This document shows, piece by piece, positions 24,131-37,414 of a DNA stretch of 64,000 nucleotides. A model generated the notes under the pieces. That model did not search any database, had not been told where the DNA came from, and was given only the letters and a program-made list of their open reading frames with translations. The DNA is from Stegostoma tigrinum (Eukaryota). A program made the position numbers and the translations under genes. Location: NCBI RefSeq assembly GCF_030684315.1, contig NC_081378.1:30800571-30864570 (forward strand). Reading direction: 5' to 3'. Position 1 is the stretch's first letter; the number at the start of each line of letters is the position of its first letter.

Positions 24131-25550
24131 ATTGTGAGATTAAAGAACATGACAGCCCAAAGATGTTAAAGCAGGGAACTTTTATTCTATTGGTACAGGT
24201 CCTTCCAAACATTAAAAGGAAAACAAAGTGTTCACCTTTGATTAAGCCGGTAGTTCACTTCTTGGTTGAGTACTTGTCTCTGCCTGCCTGCCTGGGTCTG
24301 TCTTTCTCTCCATGAGCCCTCTTTCTTAGAAAATCACCTTTGCCTTCTGTGAGGCTCTTCAGGTGTTATCTAGTTCCTCTGCTTGGTGCCCTCCCTTGCC
24401 TTTCCACCTGCTGATGCCTCCGTTACACAGTTTTCTATTTGAGAGTTGTCATCGCAGAAATGCACATTGCACTCAGGTTGCTGAATAAGCAGTTTTATGA
24501 TCAGCAGGTCCAGTAGCACTTTGATGGCTAAAATGGTTGGGTCTTTGTTGGTGGTAGCATTCTCTTCTTGCATCACTGGTCTGGGGGCATGGTGAGGGTT
24601 AGAGTGATATTCGGCATTTGCTCAAGAGGACTATCCCTATTTTTTATCTCTACTAATACTTGACATCAGGCACACAGGCTGTGTGGCGGGTCATTACTGT
24701 TAGGTCTAGGTCTGTCAGGTGTCAAGGAGTCCTGTTGCTTCAACAGCTGCCTCCCAGCAGGTCATCTCGGTGCTTTGTAGTAGGTTTGCCTACAACAAGA
24801 TGTACCTCCTGGACTCACAGCACACAGATCATCTGGATTTCTCATCGCTGTTCAACTCTATTTTACTTGAGCCATTAAATGCTGCTGTTTCAGGTCCTGC
24901 AATATTACTGAATGAGTTCATTTCTTTCACATTATTTTAGATTTCAATTTTTTCTTCTTTGGACTATTTTCTGTACCCAGCTACTTGATAAATATTGGAC
25001 TTATCTATACATGTAATTTTAATACAACAGTGCAGTCTTCAAGCTATGGCTACCCAGATTCAGAAGAAAGCTCAGCATGAAGCCCTGTAGGTCACAACCA
25101 GGAAGTTGAGAGGAGAGCGACACCATGCAGGGAACAAGAGAAATAGTTTGAGGGTGGTGATCATGTCTGATAGCAGGGATGTTAATAAGTTTGCCTGAGG
25201 GCAAACAATAAGTAGTCTTGTTCCTTCTGGCTCACAAGCAGTGTCGGAAAGACAGTTATCTGGTAAAGCCAGCCATTTTAATTCCCTTCAGCTGCTGCGT
25301 TTCCTGATGTTTTGGGAACCGAAGCTACAAGTTATAAACTGAGACAAACGATATCTAAAATGTTCAAATCAGGGGCCCACCTGCAAAGAACAGATTGAAC
25401 ACAAGGCACCAAACCCACCTCCAATAAAACCAAACATGACTGGGGCCGTATTTCTAATTTGTGAAATTTTTACCTCTCAAACTTCATTTTTCAACAACTC
25501 CTGCACCAAACGTTTTTCCATAAACAATTTTGATACACTCATGTTACATT

Positions 25551-25863
25551 TAGATTAAATTAGATTCCCTACAGTTTGGAAGCAGGCCCTTCGGCTCAAC
25601 AAGTCCACACTACCCTTTGGAACATCTCACCCAGACCCATCCAACTATAACCCACACACCCCTGAACACTATGGGCAATTTAGCATGGCCGATCCACCTA
25701 GCCTGCACATCTTTAGACTGTGGGAGGAAACCAGAGCACCCGGAGGAAACCCACACAGACACAGGGAGAATGTGCAAACTCCACACAGACAGTCGCCCAA
25801 GGCTGGAATCGAACCCGGGTCCCTGCTGCTATGAGGCTGCAGCACTGAGTCACCGTGCCGCCC
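25551..25863 (-). mobile_element. HE1-like SINE, near full length
   Basis: Head gggcggcacggtgactcagtg and B box gggttcgattcc on the minus strand, with central domain and tail. Confidence 0.9.
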
Positions 25864-25904
25864 AGTCACCATCAAGGTGCTAAATTTACCAATTTTCTTT
25901 TTTC

Positions 25905-26228
25905 TTATTCATTAACGGGATGAGGACATTGCTAGCCAGGCAGCATTTATTGCCCAGAGGCTGTTGAGAATCAACTACGTTGCCATGGGTCTGGAGTCAC
26001 ATGTAGGCCAGACCAGGTAAGGATGGCAGTTTTCTTCCCTAAAAGATGTTAGTAAACCAGATGGGTTTTTCTGACAATTGTAAATGGATTCATGGTCACG
26101 ATTAGATTCGTAATTCCAGATATTTATTGAGTTCAGATTCCACCATCTGCCGTGGTGGCATTTGAACCCATGTCCCCAGACATTCTCTGGGTTAACAGTC
26201 CAGCAATAATACCACTAGGCCATCGCCT
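25905..26228 (-). mobile_element. tRNA-derived SINE with LINE-like tail
   Basis: High similarity to 63012-63367. Confidence 0.85.
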
Positions 26229-26314
26229 AACCAGGTAGTCTGAAAAAGTTTCATTGTTCCTCAGAATAAGTTTCCTTTGGATTCTTATGAAACAAAGGGG
26301 AAAAATATTTTCTA

Positions 26315-26612
26315 CATACAAGGCACATTTCACAACCTCAGATGAGTACATTAGAAATGTCACTACCTCTAATATGAAGAAATGTGACAGCCAATTTACT
26401 CAAACTAAACTAAATTCCACAGGTAGCAACTTGAATGAACAGTTTTTGTTTCAATACCTGGGCGACTGATATGATTTTCATCATATTATTTTTCTTTTAT
26501 TGGGGAGGGCACGTATTTAGCACCTCTGAAACATTCCTAAAAACAGCACTCCTTCAATACCAAACTGAAACACCAATTAGGTACTGAAACTGATCTTTCA
26601 ATCTCTTAGGAG
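26315..26612 (-). mobile_element. Highly degenerate Deu-domain SINE (SacSINE1/AmnSINE1-like)
   Basis: tttcacaacctcag...gtcact...gacagccaattt...gcacctctga...cagcactccttcaatac resembles the DeuSINE reverse complement as I recall it. Confidence 0.45.
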
Positions 26613-26877
26613 TCAGATGGCACATGTACGCTGAAAGATGCATGTTGGGATCTCTTGGATGTCCAGACATATTGTCTACAATGGAATTGTTTAGAAGTTT
26701 AAACTTTGGATGGGCAATCACCTGGCATCTGGAACCTTTCAAAAAATTCTTAACCTGAATTAGATTTGGGGAGTTTGCACATTTTCGCTTACTTACCTAA
26801 ATCATCACCAAAGAAAAGAATGATCAGCAAGACACATGTTTAAAATACATCAAATCAGAACGTAGGAATTCTTAATG

Positions 26878-27987
26878 AGAAAAGACCAAGCTTCGTTGAG
26901 TTTACTATCTACCAACTCGATTGTGTGTGAAACATAAAAATGAAATTGACCAAATTGACTATCAAATTCTATTAGAGATAATGGGAACTGCAGATGCTGG
27001 AGAATTCCAAGATAATAAAATGTGAGGCTGGATGAACACAGCAGGCCAAGCAGCATCTCAGGAGCACAAAAGCTGACGTTTCGGGCCTGGACCGATGGGT
27101 CAGACGGGATATATCCAAGAATTCTGGGGGAGGTAAAGGAGGAAATATTTGAGGTCTTAATAAATAGCTTTGCATCTTCTTTGGCCTCAGGGGAGGTTAC
27201 AGAAGACTGGACCAATAGCCAATGTTGTTTCTTTGTTTAAGAAGGGAAACAGAGATAATCTGGGTAATTATAGGCTGGTGAGTCTGATGTCAGTGATGGG
27301 CAAACTTTGGAGAAGATACTAAGTGAAAAGATTTATTCACATTTAGAAGTGAATGGAATTATTAGTGATAAGCAGCATGGGTTTCAGTGGGGAAGAACAT
27401 GTCTTACAAATGTTACAAAATTGTATAGAGTACTGGTGAATTGGAAGGCAGGAGCTAGATTTGTTTGTAAAAATGATAGTGGGAAGGAATACATGGTCCC
27501 TTTAAGAGGTAAAGCATTTTTCTAAGCTTAGAGATTTACACGGAAAAAAAGTTTGTTCTAAATAGCTGAAGATGTACAGCTAGTTCTGAAATTGAAACAT
27601 ATCAGTTGGCTACGTGATTGGAAACTTTAGCCTTGTTTTGATGTTGTGGCAACTAGCTGAATCAGCTAATCAATTGAAACCAAGCACTTAGCGATTGAAA
27701 ACCAATTAAATTTAAACCTGCTGGTTTTGACAACGTTGGAACAATTCTATTATAAGAAAATTGATGTGTCATCCAAGGTATATAAGGAAAGAAAAGACCA
27801 AGCTTCGTTGAGTTTACTATCTACCAACTCGATTGTGTGTGAAACATAAAAATGAAATTGACAAAATTGACTATCAAATTCTATTAGAGATAATGGGAAC
27901 TGCAGATGCTGGAGAATTCCAAGATAATAAAATGTGAGGCTGGATGAACACAGCAAGCCAAGCAGCATCTCAGGAGCACAAAAGCTG
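26878..27987 (+). repeat. 198-bp direct repeat (26878-27075 and 27790-27987): 96 bp of LTR sequence plus a minus-strand pLTR end
   Basis: Only 2 mismatches by eye between the two copies. Confidence 0.95.
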
Positions 27988-28556
27988 CATTTTGAAAATT
28001 GGTGCAATAGTTAACCACCATCTGAGAAATACGCATTTAGCTTTCAAAATAAATTGCTAAGCTCTTTAAGAAAGCACCATATATACATTAAAAGTACAAC
28101 AGCACTTCTGACTAAGAGACCTCACAGAAGACTTTACAGAGAAAACATCCTTGACAGCTGGATCAGCAGGAAAAAAAAAGTGTTTCTGACTTTAGAACAG
28201 CAGATTAACAACATGTATACTTTGAGAGACAAAGTTTTTAAATTTATTTTCCTATTATTTGGATTTACGTAAGTTGGTCTCATTTTTATTCGAACAGCAT
28301 ACCAGTAGAATTTAGTTTGGTTATTGGAATAGTTAGTAGCTAAGTGGAATTGCTCAGTTTGTTAATAATTCTGTTAGCTTGTTCACTGTTAGGGTTAAAT
28401 AAAAGAAAGTTACCTGTTGCTTATAAAGTGAATATCAGGGATTTTCTTTAATCTAACCTCCCCTTCTCCATAACAGTTTAACAGGTGAAGTGAGAAAACT
28501 TCTCTTGGTGTTTCAGGTTTAATTATTAGAAGGGGATCTCTATACCCACTGTAACA
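27411..28556 (+). mobile_element. Long LTR (about 1.05 kb excluding the pLTR insert) followed by a primer-binding-site remnant
   Basis: Terminal inverted repeat TGTTACA...TGTAACA, TATA-like gtatataagg at about 27778, aataaa at about 28398, then tggggg immediately 3'. Confidence 0.75.
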
Positions 28557-29260
28557 GATTGGGGGTTTGTTTTTCAATTTTAATTATCAGAGCGGTTCAA
28601 ATACCTCTTTCCAATACAAATGAATGGGACAAAGTTGCAGGTGGTCAGATTAGTAAATTTGCGGATGGCATTTTTTTATGCAGGTTACTGATAGTGAGGA
28701 CGATTGTCAAAGAATACAGTAGGATATAGCTATTTTGCAGATTTGGGCAGAGAAATGGCAGATGAAGTTTAATCCTGACAAATCTGAGGTGATGCATTTT
28801 AGAAGATCAAATTCAGTTGCAAATTATGTGATAAATGGTAGAACCCTTAAGAGCATTAGCTTGCTGAGGGATCTGGGTGTACAGGTCCACAGAACCCTGA
28901 AAGTGGTAAGACCAGTGGATACCATGGTTAAGAAGGCAGAAAGCATGTTTGCCTTCAAATATGAAAGTTGTCAAGTTATGTTACAGCTGTATAAAACATT
29001 GGTTAGGCCACATTGAGAATATTGTGTGTAGTTCTGGTCACTATACAAGCAGAGGCTATGGATGCTTTAGAGGGTGCAGAGAATGTTTACCATGATGTTG
29101 CCTGGTCTGCATGGTTTTAGTTATGAGGAGAGGTCAAATAAACTTATATTGTTTTCACCAGAAAGACAGAGCCTGAGGGGTAATCTGAGCATCAGGTCTA
29201 CAAAGTTACGAGAGGCATTGTTAGGGTGTACAGTTAGAGGCTTTTTCCCAGGTTGGAGAT

Positions 29261-29496
29261 TGTTGTGATTGGAAAGCTATCAGTAAGATGGATCTTATGG
29301 AATATGAGTTCCCTGACTGGGGCTGTTAATCTAGTCCAATCAGAGAGTCCAGGCTGACAGATAGAAAAAGGAACGTCACGAGTTCTACTCACTCAAGGAG
29401 CTGACTTGTTGCTAATTGGGTCAGTGATGTGTACTATGAATGTGTAAATAAAGGGTGACTTTTTGATGGGATACCAGCTTTCGTGGAGTTATTTCA
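29261..29496 (+). mobile_element. Short solo LTR (Gypsy-like)
   Basis: TGTTG...TTTCA ends, internal ccaatc and aataaa. Cleanly interrupts CR1. Two relatives lie in the window. Confidence 0.8.
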
Positions 29497-30499
29497 GAAT
29501 GGTCAACTACAAGAAGACACAGGTTTAAGGTGAGAGGGGGAAAGTTTAGTGGATAAGCGCAGTGAAAATTTTTCACATAGAAAGTGGTGGGTGCCTGGAA
29601 CACATTGCTAGTCGAATTGGTGGAAGCAGGCACATTAGCAATGTTTAAGATATTTCTTGATAGACACCTGAATGGGAGGAGTCAAAGGTTTTGAAACCAC
29701 ATGTGGGCAATAAGTAGTGGCTCTAAATAAGGACTAGGAATCAGTGCAGCCTTGGTGGGCTAAAGGGCCTTTTCCTGTGCTGTGCTGTATTGTATTGTAT
29801 ATATATATATGCCATTTCTCAAATTGGACAGATACTCTATCCGCTTGCCTCAAATAAATCTACTTAATTTACTGTTGGATGAATCAACATGACCCACTTT
29901 CACCTGGAGAACCTGTTCCATGCATTTACAGCTCACTCATTGAATTCACAGTCTTGAAGAAGGCAGTGACAGTGTGGGAGGTGCATTATGTGAAATAGAA
30001 TCTGACAGGGCCAGGGACAGAGAGACTCTGCTGAATTTAACAAGAGCTCATTATAATCTTTCCCTCTGTTATGCACTGGCAGCCAGCCAAATTCAGTCTG
30101 GCTAGCAGGCGAGCAGGAGGCAGTAAGCTGCAGCTGAGGATACTCAGAAACAATCTCTGTTAATCAGTATCCTGAGCCAGGCTGTGATATTTTCCATCCA
30201 GCCAATAAGTTTTCCTGAATGAGGTGCCTGCCTTTTGGAGCCAAAAATCCCCTTTTTTCCTTTCTGCTTTCTTTGAGACTTGGACAGTATCAGTCAAGAT
30301 TTCAACTGCAGTGTTGGAACCTGCTTCATTCATGTTAAAGATGTATCCCAACACTCCTAGGTAAGATACTCATGCACCACAGAATCTGCTACCCTGCAAG
30401 CAACAATTGGAGCATATCTTTTGTATTTTAAGGTGTAATTCCACTTCAATCTCCTCTCCCATTAATTTAATCGGTGGGGTGGGCAATAATTCTACAGAT

Positions 30500-30830
30500 A
30501 TCGCTGGAGAAACTCAGTAGGTCTGACAACATCTGTAGAGAGAGAAACAGAGTTAGCTTTTTGAATGTGATATGATTTGCCTTCAGTTCTAAAGAAAAGT
30601 CATTGTGAGACTTGAAGCATGAGCTTTGTTTCTCTTTCCACAGATCATAGAATTCCTACAGTGTGGAAACAGGCCCTTTTGGCCCAACAAGACAACACAG
30701 AAGTTCAGAGCAGCCCTCCCAGACCCATCAGCCTATAAGCTACCTAATCTACACATGAACACTATGGGCAATTTAGCATGGCCAAGTTTTCTCCAGCACT
30801 TTGCTTTTATTTCAGATTTCCAGTATTTCA
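30500..30830. mobile_element. Old fold-back pLTR element interrupted by an HE1 3' fragment (about 30645-30783, minus)
   Basis: Inverted arms gctggagaaact...agagagaaacagag and ctttgtttctct...agttttctccagc. Confidence 0.65.
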
Positions 30831-30984
30831 CATTTATTCGGGTATTTTTGCAGATATGCTTTAAATGAACTGTCTCCCCGGCAGCAGATGTATCCCATGT
30901 CCTCTGGTCTTACTGTTCTGGACAAGGTGACACAACTCATTATGATCTGCAGCATGTATCCCATTTGAATCCTAGAGACAGCAA

Positions 30985-31620
30985 TATTCAATTTGCTTTA
31001 CTAACTGCCACCAAACATTGTTGTGATGGCTTCAATTTAATATCAATTAGGACCCCTAAGTCTTGTTCATTCTCTATGCACTTTATTTCCTCTCCATTTA
31101 AGCAATAATTCCTTACAGGATTTCTTTTTCCCATGTGCAAAATTTCTGCGCATTGAATTTGATCTGCCACCTGTCTGCCCAATTCCCAAGCATATTCCGA
31201 TCCTTTTTGCAGTTTATCCTGTACAGCTTTGAAGTCAGGCACCTTCATTAGCTTTGCATCATTTGCAAATTTTGGCAGTCTCCTTTTGAATCCTAGTTCC
31301 AAAGCACATATGAAAAAAGTCCTTTCTTTAATTACTCTAACAGCTGTTCCAATAGGAACCACATGAAAAGCATTGCTGATTTCTCAGTCTGTCACAGCCA
31401 AAACCAGTCTTCCATCAAAATCCTTAGTCACACGCTCAAAGACTAGGAGTGTAGATTTGCAAGGACTCACACTTATAAACATATATTTTAGAATTAAATC
31501 TCAATCCAAATATTGTCTTTACCAAAAGGTTTTTGTAACTTTGCCCACAATAGCTCCCAAACCCACTGGTCACTTTTGCTACGTTTTCCTAAAATAGGAG
31601 TAATATTTTCCAGTCCCCAG
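30985..31620 (-). mobile_element. CR1 LINE RT remnant
   Basis: ORF 30988-31362 LPKFANDAKL...EQDLGVLID..LKPSQQCLVAVSKAN. Confidence 0.85.
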
Positions 31621-32629
31621 GCTTTTCTCCAATACTCAGCAATTGAGAAAAATTGACTCACAATTGACGAGTAAAAGGTTGGATTTTGTGCTGCAATTGG
31701 CAGTATGGTAGGCGAGCTTGGAGACTTGTGAAGGACGTCACATGTAAGAACCCAGTGCTGGAGAAATGGCCTCCAATTTTGTCATTATAGGAAAGTAAGC
31801 AAGCGGGAAGCTCACCCATTATTGGTGGAAATCTCATAAATATTCAAAATGGTGATTTGTCCTCAATTTAAGTGTAATTTGCCTGGATTCAATGCAGCCT
31901 CCCTTGTGAAATGAAGCTGACACAAGTTTCCTGTGCCTTCATTAATTCACCCATTCAATGCTGACGATTAAATGTGGCTTGCCTAGTTCACTGTGAGAGC
32001 TCTTTGATTTAAAGGAGAGTGAGTCATAAACAGTTACCTTGTCTTTGAAAGTTATTTTTCCCTGCGCTCGAACTTGATAATCTCAGGCTCTGATGGGTAG
32101 TGTCTGAGGTTGGATGTGACAAAATGCAAGTGCCTGCTTGAAAAATTAAAGAGGCGGCACATAGCCTCAGGACAGATGAGCCATTCATTAAAGTGGCATT
32201 ACATAGCTAAATCTTGATTTCGGAGGGATAGACGCTTTGAAGAGCTATCTTAAAATAAAGGGAGAGGGTATTGCATAGCGTAAATCTTTGAACTCTGTTC
32301 CTTCACGCTGGAATATTGCACAGGAAATGCATGCTGCTCAGGAATCAATGCAAGTAGTTCAGCAGCAACAGTAAGAAGCACATTGAAGCTCACTAGCAAG
32401 GGAGACACTGAACCCCTAGACCAGCAGAGAGAAAGTGACTAAACAGACTACCCCTCTCATGGAGACTATCACGAGCATATACTGCTTAATACAAAATGAC
32501 AGGTATCGCAAGGATATGGCGGGGATCCTATACCAGTGGTCCTGAGACTTACTGCAGCTCTGAGCATCCATTCAGTTATTTCCTTACAGTGCTGACATCT
32601 GCATTAACATCCAAGCAGACATTTACTAC

Positions 32630-32841
32630 CAGAGATAATGGGAACTGCAGATGCTGGAGAATTCCAAGATAATAAAATGGGAAGCTGGATGAACACAGCA
32701 GGCCAAGCAGCATCTCAGGAGCACAAAAGCTGACGTTTCGGGCCTAGATGATGAAGGGTCTAGGCCCGAAACGTCAGCTTTTGTGCTCCTGAGATGCTGC
32801 TTGGCCTGCTGTGTTCATCCAGCGCCACACTTTGTTATCTT
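32630..32841. mobile_element. Fold-back pLTR mini-element (family A), young
   Basis: Perfect 13-bp TSD agacatttactac (32617-32629 and 32842-32854). Inversion junction at 32748/9 lies inside the hammerhead. Confidence 0.95.
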
Positions 32842-32939
32842 AGACATTTACTACTGTTGCAAGGAGATAACAAACGCACTGCACAAGAGAATCATGGAGT
32901 TCACAGGGACAGTCAGAGAATATGATTCACACTGAAATA

Positions 32940-33090
32940 AATCCAAAATATTGCAAATGTTGAAACTCCCACATAAAAACAGGAGAGCTGAAGAAGTCAC
33001 GTGAGACTTGAAACTTTAACTCTGTTTCTCTATCTCTGCAGTTCTGCTGAAACCGTAGAGCTTTTCCAACACTTCTTGTTTTGATTTATA
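32940..33090. mobile_element. Old fold-back pLTR remnant with hammerhead-like core
   Basis: gCTGAAGA-agtc-acgtga-gact-t-GAAA-ct-TT-aactct. Confidence 0.6.
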
Positions 33091-33424
33091 AGTGATTCAT
33101 GGCCTCGCTGGCTTTCGGCTTTTTCTGCTTATTCAGACTGCTCTCAGGTTGGCATCAAAGCACTTTCCCAGCAATTGACCCCGATATGTAATTAAACTGT
33201 GACCACAAGAAGTGAATCTTATCAGTGTGTGCTCACTATCCTGACAGTAAACATAATGTCTATGTGCTTCACCATTCACATGTGTGTACTTGTTTGCGCA
33301 AAGGCTGCAACTTACTGAATGGATTTTAGGTGACAAAGTTACCCACTTAGTAGTGAGGCCGAAGAGAGGCTCAATGCCAGTCAGATCTCAACAGTTGGTA
33401 CCATACAACATACAATTAATGCAG

Positions 33425-33516
33425 TTTGAAGCTGGAGAAGTACAGCAGGTCAGGTAGCAACAGAGGAGGAGGAGGAAAGTCGATATCTTAGGTTTACACC
33501 CTTCATCAGGACTGGA
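33425..33516 (-). mobile_element. Old pLTR fragment
   Basis: gctggagaagtacagcagg...cccttcatcaggact. Confidence 0.65.
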
Positions 33517-33558
33517 CACTAACTACTGGTAGCGTGCTGCCTCCACTCTTAATTGGGC

Positions 33559-34575
33559 TAGAGTGCTGCCTCCAATCTTCCTTCCAATGCTGATCTAAGG
33601 GGCTGTTTAGGAGTTTGTCATGGAGGAGCAATCAATAATAAGCAAATCATTGATCTGTGTGTTTCCACTGCTTCAATTGTTTAGGAGGTACTCTCAGCAT
33701 AACCAGGTAAAGGTGTCACAATGAGTGGTTGTTTGTGGTGCAGAATATAACTTTTCCATGCAAAGAAGTGATAAAATCAGCCTGAAGGAGAAAAAGAAGA
33801 CAAAGGCCTCATTTGGCAAGGAGGATTTTGACTTGTGGACAGTTACCCGGGAAAGATGCTATTCAATGCTGTACCGCTGACGTGCATGCCATGAAAGTTA
33901 ACACACAAGAAACAACGGAGTACTTCATACTGACTCAGGACCAATTTCCTGAGCATGGTTAGGTGATATAAAATCTAGAGCTTTAACAATTATCAGTGGA
34001 TGGCAAAAATGCTTTTGGTCCTGCACAGAGGCCTGATTCTTTCTATCAATTCACTTACAGGATGTGGGCATTACTGGCTGGACCAGCGTTTATTGCCCTT
34101 CCCTACTTATTCTCTTAAAAAGGTGTTAGTGAGATGACTTCTTGAATTACTGCAGTCCATGAGTTATAGGTAGACCTGCAATACCTTTAGAAGGGGAATT
34201 CTAGGATTTTGATGTAATGCCACTGATGGAATGGTCGTGCATTTCCAAGTCAAGATGGTGAATGGCTAAATGACAAAAAAAAATTGAAATTTTATTCAAA
34301 GAATTTAAAACTGATTCTGTGCACAAAATTAGTTGCAACCTGATCTGGTCTTCTGATAGAGGCACAAGTGCCTTCTTTATGTCCTGTTGATATTAGTTAA
34401 TTTCTCAAATAATTAATGTAACCCATATAAAAGGTACTGCTATATAATAAACTACAGCCTGTTATGAAAGACATGAACCTCTTCTGATGAGACTTATTAT
34501 AGGTTGATCCTCCATGACAGACGACTGGCAGCCTCTTAGACCAGCATACAAAGGAAGATTGGACGCAGCACTCTA
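33559..34575. repeat. About 84-bp inverted repeat (33559-33642 vs 34493-34575)
   Basis: About 69 of 84 positions identical by eye. Confidence 0.85.
34048..34266 (-). mobile_element. LINE 3' end (same family as 53243)
   Basis: Reverse complement aligns to about 53505-53720. Confidence 0.75.
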
Positions 34576-34594
34576 CCAGTATTTGGTAATCAGG

Positions 34595-34813
34595 TGAAAT
34601 AACACTACAATCACCAAGTCACCCCATATTTACATGTGGGGAGTCCTTGACACTGATCCCGCTCCCTCACAGCCAGCTCTCAGAGTAAGCAGAATGTCTG
34701 ACACTTCTATTTTTATCTGTCAGCCAGGCTCCCTGATTGGGCCAATTATCTGGTCTAATCAAGGAGCTAATATTCCATGAGGTCCACCGGCTGACCTTGT
34801 TACAATCACTCCA
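34595..34813 (-). mobile_element. Short solo LTR (Gypsy-like)
   Basis: Homologous to 23119-23475. Confidence 0.75.
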
Positions 34814-37252
34814 CTAGATATCACATCATAATATAACCCATTGTTTCCTAGTCCATGAGATGTTATGTTGTTCAGTTGACCTCCTAATTCTCACGTTCTG
34901 GGCAAGGCACAGAGGAAGATGCTTATTCTTATGATGCACACAGTTACGATCCACATTACTTTGGAAGCTGGTAAAAGGGAGCAAGTTAGAGTTCCATGCT
35001 CACCTTAGCCCTTAAATATCTGTGTACCTTCTATTCCACTTGCCTTTCATTCACTGACAATGCGAAATTCAAATTTATCCTTGTGGCTTGGATTAGGTCA
35101 TTTGTCCTTTCTTGACACTGGAGCCAGTTGCTTGGTTGGACACCATGGCTGCCTATTTCCATGGCAACCACCATGAAGGCTACCTTGTAATTTTTGATGG
35201 TCCTTTGCAGGTATCAGCTCAAACTAGAATCTCTATCGGATTCCAACTGGTTTGGAGGAGGTTTCACAGCAGGTTAATTCTGAACTAAGCATGATAAGGG
35301 GCAGGATTGTGATTTATCCAAACTCAATTAAAGTTAATGGTGATACCAACTGAAGTTTTACAAATATGGAGTTTCTTATGGCTGATCCTCAAGTGATATT
35401 CAAACATTTGAAAATACTGGATGGATTAATTCGTACTCCTACCTCAGAAAGTTTCCATGTAGAACTTTAGCCTTTAAACCAGACCTTTTGTCATTTATCT
35501 GTAGTACTTTCTGTCTAGAGGGATTGGGTGATTTGGGTCTCCCAGCACCAGAGCTGTGGTAAGTCTGCACATATTAGTTTCATTTGGCAGCATCTTTCCC
35601 TTACCTGATTCCTACTTCTTCTGAGCAATGGATTCAGTGATGACCAGTCAAAATCTAGCCTTAGATTACTCTGAAGTGCACATTCATTTGTGGCTGGAAT
35701 AAACATTGGCAGATCAGTAGCAAAACATAATGTGTAACATAGTGTTCTTCATTTCAACCCAGGCAAAGGCCAAAATCATGTGAACAAATCTCAGATTTTA
35801 TAGTGTGGAACTGTAGCTTTGAGCTTTGTTTTTCCATAACCCATTCAGTCTACTTCATTGTGACTTAACAACCTTGCCAATGAAATTTGAATTGGCAAAA
35901 TGTTACTGACAGGTTATTTAAATTACCAGAGTAAGACTGAAATAGTGTTTAGGACATAATTCACTGCCTTGTATGTTCAATTATTCAACTACATTGTTTC
36001 CTTACATTTGATATCAGTTGAAATTAATTCAGTTATCTGACTTTTTTAAAACATTATTGGTGTGTGAAATGTGTGGAGAGACCATTATTTTAAAATTGTT
36101 ATTAATAAATGATCAGCATTAATGGTAAATCATGGTAGCAGAACCAGAGCATAACATTTTCAATTTACATTTCAAATATAGCATATTTAATCAGAAAAGA
36201 CAATAACCATTTTAAGTAATCTACTGGATATGTATTTATGTCATTCAGCATGAACTGAATGTAGAATTAGATGGACTGGTTCCAAATGTTCAAATTCACT
36301 TTACTCATTCTGCCTGTTTGGAAGTAATCTGTGGGAATGCTAAAAGGTATTTTGTCAGGTAGTTTTCACAATGTATGCAAGTTCACCTCTTTATTGCTGC
36401 TTCAAATGTATTACCACCTGGAACAGAAATCATTACCTAATAGTGCTTAACTGTTGTTGCTATATAATGTACAGTGTTTTCATCTAAATATATAGTATAG
36501 CAATTTATTGTAACATGTATTTATGAAAATACAATAAAGTGTATGTCATCACAATTAATCTGATGCCATTTTAGTTATGTAAATTATGAAAAAGAAATAA
36601 TTTCATTTTTTGCTCCAACCATGGCTTTTTGATTTCAGTATAGTTCCTTAACCCTTAACTGGCTGGTAGGTTGAAAGCATACACTATTTACACACTGGAA
36701 GCTGAAAAAAAAGTCCCCTTATTTCAATACTCGCACCACGAGTAATTGAAAACAATTAACGAATGGCAGTCCAGAACTGTCCAATTTTGTTAATCAAAAT
36801 TGGCTGATTAAATGCAAATCTATTTGAAAACATACCTAAACTGGCATCATTGATGCAACTCATCAAGCAGTTACTCGACTTTGATTACAGTTTAGTGGTT
36901 AGCTCAATCTTTATTGACTTGTATTAAGTAATCAACTGTACAATGCTGCTCACTAAAATCTCTCGTTTCAGTTATAAGATATTTTCTTAGTTTACGCTAT
37001 TCCTTCCAGGTAAATAATAAAGGATCATTTTAAAAGTGGACATAATCAGTGTAGAGGAGGTGCAGAATTTTAATTCACAAGATCTGACTTGAATGAATAG
37101 AAATTCAACAATAATTTGACTGCTTGTGAATTAGTAAGGCAGGCAGCAATGATGCCTATATTTTTGTGCAAATGTCTAGATAATGTGCTGGTAGTAGGAT
37201 ACATTTCAAGAATGGCTAAAGGTCAAAATAATTTATACAAACTGTACTCCTC

Positions 37253-37414
37253 NNNNNNNNNNNNNNNNNNNNNNNNNNNNNNNNNNNNNNNNNNNNNNNN
37301 NNNNNNNNNNNNNNNNNNNNNNNNNNNNNNNNNNNNNNNNNNNNNNNNNNNNNNNNNNNNNNNNNNNNNNNNNNNNNNNNNNNNNNNNNNNNNNNNNNNN
37401 NNNNNNNNNNNNNN
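37253..37414. other. Assembly gap (N run)
   Basis: Run of N. Confidence 0.99.

Larger units (their letters stand above)
27094..29795 (+). mobile_element. CR1/HER1-like LINE in three pieces (27094-27410, about 28636-29260, 29497-29795), split by two LTR insertions
   Basis: DGIYPRIL.EVKEEI; DKQHGF..GRTCLTN; ISKFAD; WAEKWQMKFNPDK; LYKTLVRPH; 3' tail. Confidence 0.92.

Noticed and set aside
25800-25863. tRNA-like A and B boxes here and at other SINE heads
   Set aside because: Heads of SINEs. No complete cloverleaf.
31680-33900. Possible Harbinger-like transposon relics (also 24300-24900 and 6580-7160)
   Set aside because: Too degenerate to support by eye. No clear motifs or termini.
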